Below, in pieces: positions 26,806 through 36,668 of a DNA stretch of 64,000 nt (positions within the stretch are counted from its first letter, which is position 1; each line of letters starts with the position of its first letter). The DNA comes from Gemmatimonadota bacterium (GTDB lineage: Bacteria; Gemmatimonadota; Gemmatimonadetes; Palauibacterales; Palauibacteraceae). The notes below the pieces were generated by a model. It saw nothing but the letters and a program-made list of their open reading frames with translations. It was not told where the DNA came from and ran no database searches. The stretch is taken from positions 2,560,001 to 2,624,000 of the forward strand of contig OZ220691.1 in assembly GCA_965116475.1 (NCBI GenBank), given 5' to 3'. Made by a program: the position numbers and the translations under genes.

Positions 26806-29366
26806 AATCTCCCCCGAACGTCACCGCTGCCACCGTCCGGGCCGCGAGGCTCCGCACGGCGTGGATCGACGCCGCAGCGGTCGTCGTCGCGGTCGCCGCC
26901 GGGTGGACCGCCGCCGCACCCCCGCTCCACGGGCAGGACGTCGCCCGCTTCGAACCCGCCCCCGCGCGCGACAATGCCTTCGCGCTCACGCTCGAGTCCA
27001 TCATGCGAGGCTCCGAGCACGTCGGGCAGGCGCCCGTCGGCGTCACCTGGTCCGACGACGGCGAGTGGATCTACTTCCGCTGGCTGCCGGGCGGCGCCGA
27101 GTGGCACGAGCAGCGCGCCCTCTACCGCGTCCGCTCCAGCGGCGGCACGCCCGAGCGGCTCGAGGACGAGGAAGAACTTCGCCTCGGACCCATCCTCGCG
27201 TCGGGCGATGTCTCTCCCGATGGCCGGTGGCGCGTGACGTCCTCCGACGGAGACCTCTATCTCATCGAACGGGACGGCGCCGCGACCCGGAGGCTCACCC
27301 ACACCGCGGACGCCGAGATGAGTCCCGTCTTCTCCGGTGACGGCGCCTCCATCTTCTTCCGCCGCGGCAACAACCTCTTCGCCTTCGATATCGACGACGG
27401 CGAGATCCGGCAACTCACCGCGGTGGGCGGGCCGGAGCAACCCGAAGACCCCGAGGCGGAAGGGCACAAGGCCTTCCTCGAGGAGCAGCAGCGGGAGCTG
27501 TTCGAGCACATCCGCGTGCAGGACCTCCGGGAGGAGCGGGCCGAGGAGCGCCGGGAACTCCGCGAGGCCGGACAGCGCGAGACGCTGCACCTCGCGCAGG
27601 GCGAGCGCGCCCAGTCATTCGTCGCAGACCCCACCGGCACGTGGATCGCGGTCACCGCGACCCGCGGCAGCTTCAACGATGGCGGCCGCCGCACCGACAT
27701 CCCCCTGTGGATCACGGAGTCCGGGTACACCGAGAACACCGAGATGCGTCCGAAGGTGGGCGACGAACAGGGCGAGTCCCGGCTCGCCGTGGTCCATGCC
27801 GAGACGGGCGAAGCCGTTTGGCTCGACCTCACCGGCGACGGCTCGGACCCCGAATCCGGGGCGGCGGAATCCGACCCCGAATCCGAGGCGGAATTCGGGG
27901 CGGCGGACGACGCCGAGTCGGACGACCGCCTCGCCGTGGCCAGCTTCGCGGGCTGGAACGAGGCGGGCTCCCACGGTCTCGTATTCGCGGTGGACTACGA
28001 CTACAAGACGTGGCGCCTCTACGCCTACGAAGCGGCGACCGGCGCCCTGACGCTGCTGGACACCCACTACGATGAGGCGTGGGTCGGCGGCCCCTGCTTC
28101 GGCTTCCAGGGCGCCGGCTGCATCGGCTGGTTCCCGGCTGGGGAATCAGGCGAGATGCCGCGCGCCTGGTACGTGAGCGAGGAGACGGGCTACTCCCACC
28201 TGTACGCGATCGACGCCGATGGCGGCGACAAGGAGGCGCTCACGGCCGGCGAGTGGGAGGTCCTCGGCGTGACGGTTCCCGATGGATGGGATGCCTTCCT
28301 CCTCCAGACGAGCGAACTCTCCCCCTTCGACCAGCACCCGTGGCGCATGGAGTTCGACGGCTCCGACCGCGTCCAGCTCCTCGAGGGAGAGGGATCGTTC
28401 ACCGTCACGCCGTCGCCCGACGGACGCCGCTTCGCCGTCCTCCATTCGCGCGCGGACCGGCCGCCCGAACTCCATGTCGCCGACGCCGCGCCGGGCGCCG
28501 CGCTGACGCAGGTCACGACCTCCCCCACCGATACGTGGCTCGGCTTCTCCTGGCTCCGGCCCGAGATCGTGCACTTCGAGGCCCGCGACGGGACGCCGGT
28601 GCCCGCCCGCATCTACCGGCCCGCCGACTTCGGGGTCGAACCCAACGGCGCCGGCGTCATCTTCGTTCACGGGGCGGGGTACCTGCACAACGTCCACAAC
28701 TGGTGGTCGAACTACTACCGCGAGTACATGTTCCACCACTTCCTGGCGGCCCAGGGCTACACGGTGCTCGACATCGACTACCGCGGCTCCGCCGGCTACG
28801 GGCGCGACTGGCGCACGGCGATCTACCGGCACATGGGCGGCTGGGACCTCTCCGACCAGGTGGACGGCGCCGCCTACCTCGTCCGCGAGGAGGGCGTCGA
28901 CCCCGACCGCATGGGGATCTACGGCGGCTCGTACGGCGGCTTCATCACGCTGATGGCGCTCTTCACCGCGCCCGAATCCTTCGCGGCGGGCGGCGCGCTC
29001 CGCGCCGTGACCGACTGGGCGCACTACAACCACTGGTACACGAGCCGCATCCTCAACCTCCCCCACGAGGACGAGGAGGCGTACCGCCAGTCCTCCCCCA
29101 TCTACTTCGCCGAGGGGTTCGAGGGACACCTCCTCATCGCGCACGGGATGTATGACACGAACGTGCATTTCTCCGATGTCGTGCGCCTCGCCCAGCGTCT
29201 CATAGAACTGGGGAAGGAGAACTGGGAGATGGCCGTGTATCCGGTGGAGAACCACGGTTTCGCGGAGCCCTCGTCGTGGACCGACGAATACCGGCGCATC
29301 TACGAGTTGTTCGAGCGCGTGATCGGCGGCGGCCGCGGGGCGTCGGCGAACGGGGAGGGTGGCTGA
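26802..29366 (+). CDS. S9 family serine peptidase (DPP-IV/prolyl oligopeptidase-like)
   Basis: N-terminal propeller; GGSYGG nucleophile, HGMYDTNV Asp and ENHGF His. Confidence 0.92.
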   Translation: MKSPPNVTAATVRAARLRTAWIDAAAVVVAVAAGWTAAAPPLHGQDVARFEPAPARDNAFALTLESIMRGSEHVGQAPVGVTWSDDGEWIYFRWLPGGAEWHEQRALYRVRSSGGTPERLEDEEELRLGPILASGDVSPDGRWRVTSSDGDLYLIERDGAATRRLTHTADAEMSPVFSGDGASIFFRRGNNLFAFDIDDGEIRQLTAVGGPEQPEDPEAEGHKAFLEEQQRELFEHIRVQDLREERAEERRELREAGQRETLHLAQGERAQSFVADPTGTWIAVTATRGSFNDGGRRTDIPLWITESGYTENTEMRPKVGDEQGESRLAVVHAETGEAVWLDLTGDGSDPESGAAESDPESEAEFGAADDAESDDRLAVASFAGWNEAGSHGLVFAVDYDYKTWRLYAYEAATGALTLLDTHYDEAWVGGPCFGFQGAGCIGWFPAGESGEMPRAWYVSEETGYSHLYAIDADGGDKEALTAGEWEVLGVTVPDGWDAFLLQTSELSPFDQHPWRMEFDGSDRVQLLEGEGSFTVTPSPDGRRFAVLHSRADRPPELHVADAAPGAALTQVTTSPTDTWLGFSWLRPEIVHFEARDGTPVPARIYRPADFGVEPNGAGVIFVHGAGYLHNVHNWWSNYYREYMFHHFLAAQGYTVLDIDYRGSAGYGRDWRTAIYRHMGGWDLSDQVDGAAYLVREEGVDPDRMGIYGGSYGGFITLMALFTAPESFAAGGALRAVTDWAHYNHWYTSRILNLPHEDEEAYRQSSPIYFAEGFEGHLLIAHGMYDTNVHFSDVVRLAQRLIELGKENWEMAVYPVENHGFAEPSSWTDEYRRIYELFERVIGGGRGASANGEGG
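27843..27893 (+). repeat. In-frame imperfect ~27-nt duplication (SDPESGAAE/SDPESEAE)
   Basis: GACCCCGAATCCG occurs twice, 27 nt apart, inside an acidic loop. Confidence 0.7.
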
Positions 29367-32300
29367 ACACACGGGCGCCGCTCGCGGCGGCCCTCCTCGC
29401 GGCGGCCCCCCTCCTCGCGGCGTGCGGGGCGCCGGACCCCGGACCATGGGTCGAGGCGGACGGATACCGCTGGCGGGAGTTGCGGCCGCGGGGATCGGGC
29501 GGCTTCCGGCCGCTCGATGCTTCCGATCTCGGCGTGTCCTTCCTGTACGACGTCGACGAAGAGGCGCGCCTCCGCAACCGGGTGCTCGCGGAAGGGCAGG
29601 GCGTCGCGATCGGAGATGTCGACGGCGACGGCCTGGCGGACCTCTTCCTCGCCGGCTTCGGGCGCTCGAGCGCGCTCTACCGCAACCTCGGCGGCTGGCG
29701 CTTCGAGGAGATCACGCCGGCCGCGCTCGCCCTCGAGGATGTGCTCCCGAGAGGCGCCACGCTCGTCGACATCGATGGAGACGATGACCTCGATCTCGTG
29801 ATTGCGGTCCACGGCGGCCGGAACCGGATCTTCCTCGGTGACGGCGCGGGCGGCTTCGCGGAATTGGAGGATGCGGGCCTCACCGGGGCGTGGGGGAGCA
29901 CGACGTCTACGCTGGCCGACACCGATGGCGACGGCGACCTCGACCTCTATGTCGCCAACTACAAGACGCGGCAGGTCGACGACCTCTATCCGCCGGAGGT
30001 CCTCGACATCAACCACCTGCAGCGCGGCGAGGACGGCGATCTCGTCATCCCTCCGGAACTGCGGGAACTCTACGACGAGCACTACCGCGTGGAGTTCGAT
30101 GGCCGCTTCGTGCGCCGCTTCGAGCTTGGCGAGCCGGACGAGTACTACGTTGGTCTCGGGGATGGAAGGTTCGCGCCCGCGGCCCCCGGACCGCCCCTCA
30201 CGCGTTCCCGCGGGAACGTCCCGGCGCCGGCTCGCGACTGGGGACTCGCGGCGAGGTTCAGCGACTGGGACGAGGACGGCGACCCGGACCTCTACGTGGC
30301 GAACGACTTCAACAGCGAGGACGGCATCTGGATCAACCGCGGCGACGGGACGTTCGCGCCCGCCCCGGCCGCGGCCGTCCGCACGACGAGCCTCTCATCG
30401 ATGGCGGTCGATGTCGGCGACCTCGACCGCGATGGCGACCTCGACCTCCTCACCACCGACATGCTCGCCCGGGACGCGGCGGAGCGCCTCGTCCAGACCC
30501 CGAGCTACGAGGCCGTTCCCGAGCGGCCCGGCCTCGCGGACACGAGAGTGCAGGTGAACCGCAACGCGGTCCAGCTCAACCGGGGGGACGGAACGTTCGC
30601 CGAGGCGGCGTGGGAACTCGGGCTCGCCGCCTCCGACTGGACGTGGGGCGCGCTCATCATGGACGCGGACCTGGACGGCTGGAACGACATCCTCGTCACG
30701 ACGGGACACGCGTGGGATCAGCTGGACGGCGATGCGAATGCCCGCGTGGCGGCGATCCCCGGGCTGCCGGCGGATCAGGCTCTGCGCATGTTCCCGCCGC
30801 TCGCGCAGCCGAACGTCGCCTTCCGCGGAGGAGAGGACGGCTTCACCGACGTCAGCGAGCCTTGGCGCTGGGGACACGAGGCGGACATCTCGCACGGCCT
30901 CGCGGCGGGCGATCTCGACCGCGACGGCGACCTCGATGTCGTCGTGACCAGGCTCGGCGCGCCGCCCGTCATGTACCGCAACGACGCGGCCGCGCCCCGC
31001 ATTCTCGTGCGTCTGCGGGGGACGGGCCCCAACACGCGCGGCATCGGCGCCCGGATCCGCCTCGCTGGACCCCTCGCTGGACCCCTCGCTGGATCCCTCG
31101 CTGGGGCCGGTGGGGTTCCCGCCCAGGTGCGCGAGATCACGGCGGGCGGCGCCTATCTCTCCTCGTCGGAGCCCGTTGCCAGCTTCGCCGCCGCGGCGGA
31201 CGGAGAGATGATCATCACCGTCGACTGGCCGGACGGCCGCCGCACGCGGTTGGAAGGCGTCGTCGCGAACCGCGAGTACGTCATCGACGACGCCACCGCG
31301 GAGCCGGGGGTCCCCGACCCGGCCGCCGTGCCCGACCCGGCGGCGGCGGCCGAGGCCACAACCCACTTCGTGGATATCTCGGACCGGCTCGGACACCGGC
31401 ATGTCGAATCGCCCTTCGACGACCGGCTCCGGCAGCCGCTCCTGCCCCATTCGTTCGATCGTCCCGGCCCGGGCGTGTCGTGGATCGACGTCGAGGACGA
31501 TGGCGATGCGGATCTCGTGGTCGGGAGCGGCCGGGGGGGCAGCCCGGTCCTGATGCGGAACGAGGGCGACGGCTTCGCCGCCCCGCGGGCCCTCGTGCCC
31601 GCGCTGGCGTGGGACGCGACCGCCGTGCTGCCGCATCACTCACCCGACGGTCACGTCGCGCTGCTCATCGGCACGAGCGCGTACGAGGCGGGCTCGCCCG
31701 CGGAGGCCGCGGCCGTCCCCGCGGTCATCGCGGCGCCGCTCGGCGCGTCCGCGCCCACGCCCCCGCTCATCGAAGCCCCCGGCGCCCCGCCCGGTCAGCT
31801 CCCCGCCGCGACCGGCCCGCTCGCCCAGGCCGACATCGACGGCGACGGTGACCTCGACCTCTTCGTGGGCGGACGCGTCGCCCCCGGCGCCTATCCTCTC
31901 GCCGTGGACTCCCGCCTCCTGATCCACGACGGCGACGCCCTGCGCGCCGATGCGGAGCGCTCCCTCCCCTTCGCGCGCCTCGGGCTCGTCTCCGCCGCCC
32001 TCTTCACCGACTACGACCTCGATGGCGACCCGGACCTCGCGCTCGCCCTCGAATGGGGCAGCGTCCGCCTCTTCCGCAACGATGAGGGCCGTTTCACCGA
32101 CGTGAGCGACGCGCTGGGGCTCACGCGTCTCACGGGGCGCTGGAACGGCCTTGCCGCCGCGGATTTCGATGAGGACGGCCGGCCCGACCTCGTCGCCACC
32201 GGCTGGGGCGCGAATCTCGACGTGCCCGCCGCCTACTCCCTCATCTACGGCGACATGAATCGAGACGGCATCGTCGATCTCGTCGAGGCCCGGATGGAGT

Positions 32301-33112
32301 CCGGCACGTGGCGCCCCCTGCGGGGCCGAGACGCGCTCGCCGTCCCCGGCGGACTCTCGGCCCTCCTCCGCGTGACGTACGAGCGTTTCGCGCGCACGTC
32401 CCTCGCCGACCTCGTGGGCGGCCTGGACTCCGGGCGGCGGCTGGACGCGAACGAACTCCGCCACACCGTGTGGTTCAACCGCCCCTCCGGCTTCGAGAGC
32501 GCCCCGCTGCCCGCGGCGGCCCAGCGCGCGCCCGCGTTCGGCGTCGCCGCCGCCGACCTCGACGGGGACGGTCACGAGGATCTCGTCCTCGCGCACAACT
32601 TCTACGCCGGCCGGCCGGGGGTGCCGCGCTACGACGCGGGGCGCGGGCTCTGGCTGAGAGGGGACGGCGAGGGGGGCTTCGAGGCCGTTACAGGTTCCCG
32701 TTCAGGGATCGCCGTCTACGGAGACGCCCGGGCCGTCTCGCTCGCCGACCACGACCGCGACGGGCGGGTGGACGTGGCGTTCGGCGTCAACGGCGGTGAG
32801 ACCCGGCTCTACCGCAACGCCGGCGCGGCGCCCGGCCTCCGGGTCGTGCTCGAGGGCCCACCCGCGAACCCGCGGGCCATCGGCGCCCGCCTCCGCCTCG
32901 AATACGCGGACGGCACGTTCGGTCCGGTGCGGGAGGTCCGGTCGGGGGAGGGTTACCTGGCCCGCCACGAATCGACGCAGACGCTCGGCGTGGTTGGCGC
33001 GGCGGGTGCGGCGGCGCTGCACGTCGTGTGGCCGAACGGCGAGGAGATGTCCGTTTCCATCGCGCCCGGGACCCTGGAGGTGCGCGTCCCGTCCGCCGGA
33101 TCGCGGAGCTAG
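29363..33112 (+). CDS. FG-GAP/VCBS repeat lipoprotein with two ASPIC/UnbV domains (CRTAC1-like)
   Basis: Many DxDGDGDLDL repeats; two N-x-R-[GA]IGAR...[AE][GY]YL ASPIC segments; LAACG lipobox; start either CTG 29363 or GTG 29276. Confidence 0.85.
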   Translation: MNTRAPLAAALLAAAPLLAACGAPDPGPWVEADGYRWRELRPRGSGGFRPLDASDLGVSFLYDVDEEARLRNRVLAEGQGVAIGDVDGDGLADLFLAGFGRSSALYRNLGGWRFEEITPAALALEDVLPRGATLVDIDGDDDLDLVIAVHGGRNRIFLGDGAGGFAELEDAGLTGAWGSTTSTLADTDGDGDLDLYVANYKTRQVDDLYPPEVLDINHLQRGEDGDLVIPPELRELYDEHYRVEFDGRFVRRFELGEPDEYYVGLGDGRFAPAAPGPPLTRSRGNVPAPARDWGLAARFSDWDEDGDPDLYVANDFNSEDGIWINRGDGTFAPAPAAAVRTTSLSSMAVDVGDLDRDGDLDLLTTDMLARDAAERLVQTPSYEAVPERPGLADTRVQVNRNAVQLNRGDGTFAEAAWELGLAASDWTWGALIMDADLDGWNDILVTTGHAWDQLDGDANARVAAIPGLPADQALRMFPPLAQPNVAFRGGEDGFTDVSEPWRWGHEADISHGLAAGDLDRDGDLDVVVTRLGAPPVMYRNDAAAPRILVRLRGTGPNTRGIGARIRLAGPLAGPLAGSLAGAGGVPAQVREITAGGAYLSSSEPVASFAAAADGEMIITVDWPDGRRTRLEGVVANREYVIDDATAEPGVPDPAAVPDPAAAAEATTHFVDISDRLGHRHVESPFDDRLRQPLLPHSFDRPGPGVSWIDVEDDGDADLVVGSGRGGSPVLMRNEGDGFAAPRALVPALAWDATAVLPHHSPDGHVALLIGTSAYEAGSPAEAAAVPAVIAAPLGASAPTPPLIEAPGAPPGQLPAATGPLAQADIDGDGDLDLFVGGRVAPGAYPLAVDSRLLIHDGDALRADAERSLPFARLGLVSAALFTDYDLDGDPDLALALEWGSVRLFRNDEGRFTDVSDALGLTRLTGRWNGLAAADFDEDGRPDLVATGWGANLDVPAAYSLIYGDMNRDGIVDLVEARMESGTWRPLRGRDALAVPGGLSALLRVTYERFARTSLADLVGGLDSGRRLDANELRHTVWFNRPSGFESAPLPAAAQRAPAFGVAAADLDGDGHEDLVLAHNFYAGRPGVPRYDAGRGLWLRGDGEGGFEAVTGSRSGIAVYGDARAVSLADHDRDGRVDVAFGVNGGETRLYRNAGAAPGLRVVLEGPPANPRAIGARLRLEYADGTFGPVREVRSGEGYLARHESTQTLGVVGAAGAAALHVVWPNGEEMSVSIAPGTLEVRVPSAGSRS
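31061..31108 (+). repeat. In-frame 12-nt tandem repeat x4 (LAGP)
   Basis: CTCGCTGGACCC x2, CTCGCTGGATCC, CTCGCTGGGGCC. Confidence 0.9.
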
Positions 33113-33762
33113 CGGGGGCGGACGCCGAAGCCGATCGTGATGCCGATGTCGTTCTGCAGCTTCGATGCGTCCGTCTCGGCCGAGATGTAGTAGGATGCCA
33201 TGTTCCGGAGTTCGCCCCGGAACCAGAGCGACGACATGAGATGGACCCGAACCCCGATCGCGGCCGTCGCCAGCGGATCCGTCGCGCTGAGTTTCGGCAC
33301 TTCGGCGCCGTAGAACTTCAACTGCCGGAGCCCGCCGCCAACCGTGAAGTAGGGTTCGAGTGCGCCCGCCGAGCCGGCGGACCGCAATCGGAACGTCAGG
33401 TTCACCGTGCCCGCCAGGTACTCCATCTCGCCGAGCGTTCCGGGTCCCCGCCCCGGCCCGCCGGCGACGGCTTCGAGCGTCGCCGGGGAATAGAGCCCCA
33501 TGACGCCGATCCCGACCGCGCGCGACGCCCAGTAGGTCGCTTCGCCCCCCATCATCACGTCCGGCGGAATCACGGTGCCGTAGGCGCCGGTATTGTCCGT
33601 GAGGTTGTTGAGGGGCTGGATGACGCCGGCGAGTCCGAACAGTTCCGGACCGGTATCGTCGCCGAACGCTGCCGCGGGAGTCATCTGGGCCGTCAGCTTC
33701 GACGCTCCGGGATAGAGCCCGCACAGAAAGAGAAAGAGAAGAACGCCGGCCGGGCGTCTCAT
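33109..33762 (-). CDS. Outer-membrane beta-barrel protein (OmpA/OmpW-like small barrel)
   Basis: Signal peptide, alternating amphipathic strands, EPYFTVGGG, C-terminal ITIGFGVR. Confidence 0.7.
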   Translation of the reverse strand: MRRPAGVLLFLFLCGLYPGASKLTAQMTPAAAFGDDTGPELFGLAGVIQPLNNLTDNTGAYGTVIPPDVMMGGEATYWASRAVGIGVMGLYSPATLEAVAGGPGRGPGTLGEMEYLAGTVNLTFRLRSAGSAGALEPYFTVGGGLRQLKFYGAEVPKLSATDPLATAAIGVRVHLMSSLWFRGELRNMASYYISAETDASKLQNDIGITIGFGVRPR

Positions 33763-36668
33763 TTGATCCTCACGATCGTGATTAGCGGTTCCGCGGTCTC
33801 ACCCGCCGGGGTTCCTCCCGCCGTTTCCAGCGACAGCGACAGGCCCGGCGCGCCGGGAGCCGAGGCGAGTGAGAAGTACTGTATGCTCGACGGCCCTACG
33901 TCGAGGCTCAGCACCCGGGTTTCAAACCCCAGCGGCTCGGTCCGGAGCGCGATCGCGGTCGGAAGACCCGATCGGGTGTCCATATCCTGGTTCAAGGATC
34001 GGAACACATCGGTGGCGTCCCACGTTGCCGAGGCGAGCGGCGGCTGCGCGTCCGGCGCCTCGAGATCCTCACCCGGGGGATCCTCCGTACCCGCGTCCAG
34101 CGTCGCCGCGCCCAGCGTCAGGGCGACCGACACATCCGCCAGAATGTTCGCCCACTCCCTTCCCGTGACCCGCTCCAGGTTCGCGATCCCGCGCCCGTAG
34201 TTCTCGCCGCCCCGGATCACGGACCGGAAGAAGGCGCGTTCGTCCCCCCCCGCCTGGTCCGCGAGCCGTCGCAGGAGGAACCAGCCGAAGCCCCGCATCT
34301 GCAACCCGCCGACACCGTCCGGGTCGTCCGTCGAGACCGTGGGCGCCCCGGGGAGTCCGAGGAGGTACAGCCCGAGGTTCCGGAAGTTGCCCAGCATGTA
34401 GGCATTGAAAGTCTCGAGTTCCTCGGGCGTCCCGGATACGCGGTCGAAGGTGAGGCGTTCGCCCACCGGGAGCCCGAGCGCGGCGAGCCCCGCCACCTCC
34501 TCGGCCAGACTCGAAAGCGCCTCATCCAGCCATACTTCCTCGGCGGACCCGAAACCCGCCGAAGAAGCGGGCGCGCGCCGGCCCACGCTCACGATATGCT
34601 GGACTTCGTGCGCCACGAGCGCGGGCGTTTCTCGCAGCAGATCCTCCGTCGAGACGGGACGGCCGAGCGTCGCCTCGGGGTCCGCGCTCACGCTGTAGAC
34701 GATTTCCGCCTCGTTGCTCGCCGGACAGATCCCGCCGTCCGGGTCCGACAACTCGCCGTCGCCCCGTCCCGAAGCGGCAAGATCCTGGGGGAGGGAGAAC
34801 CCGCCGACGCCCGCCTCGCCGTCGCCGAGCCGGTTCACATCGGGCGTGAACAGGACGACGACGCGTCCGTTCCGGTCGATGTCGTCGGGAGGACCGAAGT
34901 AGGAGGTCACGGCCGGCAGCACCGTCCCGTCCAGTTCCCGGGCGAGCGCGAGCCACTCCTCCTCCGTCGGACCGCCCGCGGGCGCGGCGAGGTCCTCGAC
35001 CAGGACGACGCCGTCGCCCACGGCCCGCACCGTTCCCCGCACCGTCCTCGTGGGGTCGACGCAGGTCGCCGTCAGCTCCGGGCCGACGGAGAAGAAGTAC
35101 TCGAGCGTGTCTCCCGGGACGGGCTCGGAGACCGCGGTCGATCCATCGGGGCGGAGGGGCGAGATTCGGTCCTGAACGAGTCGGGCGAGCGTACGGGCGC
35201 GAATCCCGATGTCCCTGCGCGTGCCCGCGAGCGCGGCTTCCGCAACCCGGGCATCGATCGTCCCGAGGCCGACCGCCGCCGCCGGGCCATCCCCCGACAT
35301 GTCGGTGGGCGTCCGCATCGTGAGCCGGAGCGGGAGCCCGCTCGATGCGCCGCGCCCCGTGTTGCCGATGACGATCCGGTATTCCCGCGTCGCCGCGTCG
35401 TCTTCCGGTGCTCCCGGTGCCCCGGCCTCCGCCGGTTCCCCCGCTTCTCCCGCTTCCACGGGGGCGCCGGGTCGGAACTGAACACACTCGACCTCGACGG
35501 GGCCCCGCAGGGTAAGCGATTCGCCGACCTCGAGACCCACCCGCAGGTTGGCCGGCTCCATGGGAAGCAGGAGACCGTTGCTGGCGTCGGAGCCCACGAG
35601 CACCCGCACGCCGACCTCGCGCTCGGGCAGGCAGGTGCGGGCGAAGGCCGGCACTTCAACCGTGAGTTCCGTCTCCGTGGCGCTCACCACCGTCGCCGCC
35701 GTGCCTTCGATCCAGACTTCGTTGTCGGCCGCGACCGGACGGAAGCCGCTGCCGTGGAGGAGCGCCCGCGTACCCGCGGCGAGTCTTCCGTTCCCGACCG
35801 AGTCGAGTTGCACGGCCCCGCCCGGCGATGCGAGTGCCGTGGCCGAGAAGGAGAGCGTGTCCGAGTACACGCCGTCCGTCGCGAAGGCGTGGATCCGGTA
35901 GTCGCCCGCCCGTGAGCCGAGCGTGAAAACCGCCCCGCCCCGTCCGTCCGCGTCCGTCATCACGATGTCGTGCGTGAGGGCGCCCCCGCGTTCCGGCGAT
36001 TCCTCCGCCGCGGGCGGTCCCGGCGGTCTCGGCGGTTCCGCCACGACGGCCGTGTCCCCCGTCTCCGGCAGTGCCTCCGCTTCCGGGGCCTCTCCCGGGG
36101 CCTCTCCCGGCGCCTCTTCCGGCGCCGTCCAGGCGAAGGCGATGCGGACGCCGCCGGCCGGGGCGCCACTCGTCGTTTCCGCCCGGATCGAGAACGGGAG
36201 CGGCAGCTGGCTCCCGGCCTCCGCCCGCTGGCCGTCTCCCTCCACGATGCTGAGACGGACCGTGTCCGCGGCCTCCGCGAAGACGAGGAAGCGGAGCGGC
36301 GGGACGTTCGCGGCACTCGGGATGTCCGCCTGGATCTCCGCCTCGCCCGGCGTCGGCCCCGCGCGGTAGATCGATTCCGCGACGCCGTCCTGCCCCGCGA
36401 CCGCGACCCCCGGAGAAAGCTCGCCCTCGCCCCGCACGATGACGAAGCGGACCGGCGCCCCTTCGACCGCGTTCCCGAGCGCGTCCTCGACCCGGACCGC
36501 GATCGGCGGGTCGGTGGTTTCTCCCGTCACGATCGTGTCCACGGCGGAGGAAACGGGCACGAGCGTCGTCGGCGGAGAGCCGAGTTCCGTGCTCCCCGCA
36601 TCTCCGCACGCCACCGCGAGCACCCCGGCGAGCACCCCGGCGAGGGCGGCCTTCGCGCCGCGCCTCAC
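33759..36668 (-). CDS. Large lipoprotein: Ig-like (Big) domains, IPT/TIG domain and HExxH metallopeptidase-like domain
   Basis: LAVACG lipobox; VRVEDALGNAVEGAPVRF Big-like; LHGSGF...NEVWIEG...ATVVSATETELTVEVP IPT; AHEVQH plus WLDEALS; GTGA overlap with the upstream stop. Confidence 0.75.
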   Translation of the reverse strand: MRRGAKAALAGVLAGVLAVACGDAGSTELGSPPTTLVPVSSAVDTIVTGETTDPPIAVRVEDALGNAVEGAPVRFVIVRGEGELSPGVAVAGQDGVAESIYRAGPTPGEAEIQADIPSAANVPPLRFLVFAEAADTVRLSIVEGDGQRAEAGSQLPLPFSIRAETTSGAPAGGVRIAFAWTAPEEAPGEAPGEAPEAEALPETGDTAVVAEPPRPPGPPAAEESPERGGALTHDIVMTDADGRGGAVFTLGSRAGDYRIHAFATDGVYSDTLSFSATALASPGGAVQLDSVGNGRLAAGTRALLHGSGFRPVAADNEVWIEGTAATVVSATETELTVEVPAFARTCLPEREVGVRVLVGSDASNGLLLPMEPANLRVGLEVGESLTLRGPVEVECVQFRPGAPVEAGEAGEPAEAGAPGAPEDDAATREYRIVIGNTGRGASSGLPLRLTMRTPTDMSGDGPAAAVGLGTIDARVAEAALAGTRRDIGIRARTLARLVQDRISPLRPDGSTAVSEPVPGDTLEYFFSVGPELTATCVDPTRTVRGTVRAVGDGVVLVEDLAAPAGGPTEEEWLALARELDGTVLPAVTSYFGPPDDIDRNGRVVVLFTPDVNRLGDGEAGVGGFSLPQDLAASGRGDGELSDPDGGICPASNEAEIVYSVSADPEATLGRPVSTEDLLRETPALVAHEVQHIVSVGRRAPASSAGFGSAEEVWLDEALSSLAEEVAGLAALGLPVGERLTFDRVSGTPEELETFNAYMLGNFRNLGLYLLGLPGAPTVSTDDPDGVGGLQMRGFGWFLLRRLADQAGGDERAFFRSVIRGGENYGRGIANLERVTGREWANILADVSVALTLGAATLDAGTEDPPGEDLEAPDAQPPLASATWDATDVFRSLNQDMDTRSGLPTAIALRTEPLGFETRVLSLDVGPSSIQYFSLASAPGAPGLSLSLETAGGTPAGETAEPLITIVRIK
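36083..36126 (-). repeat. In-frame 12-nt tandem repeat (EAPG)
   Basis: + strand CCGGGGCCTCTC x2, CCGGCGCCTCTT, CCGGCGCC. Confidence 0.85.
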
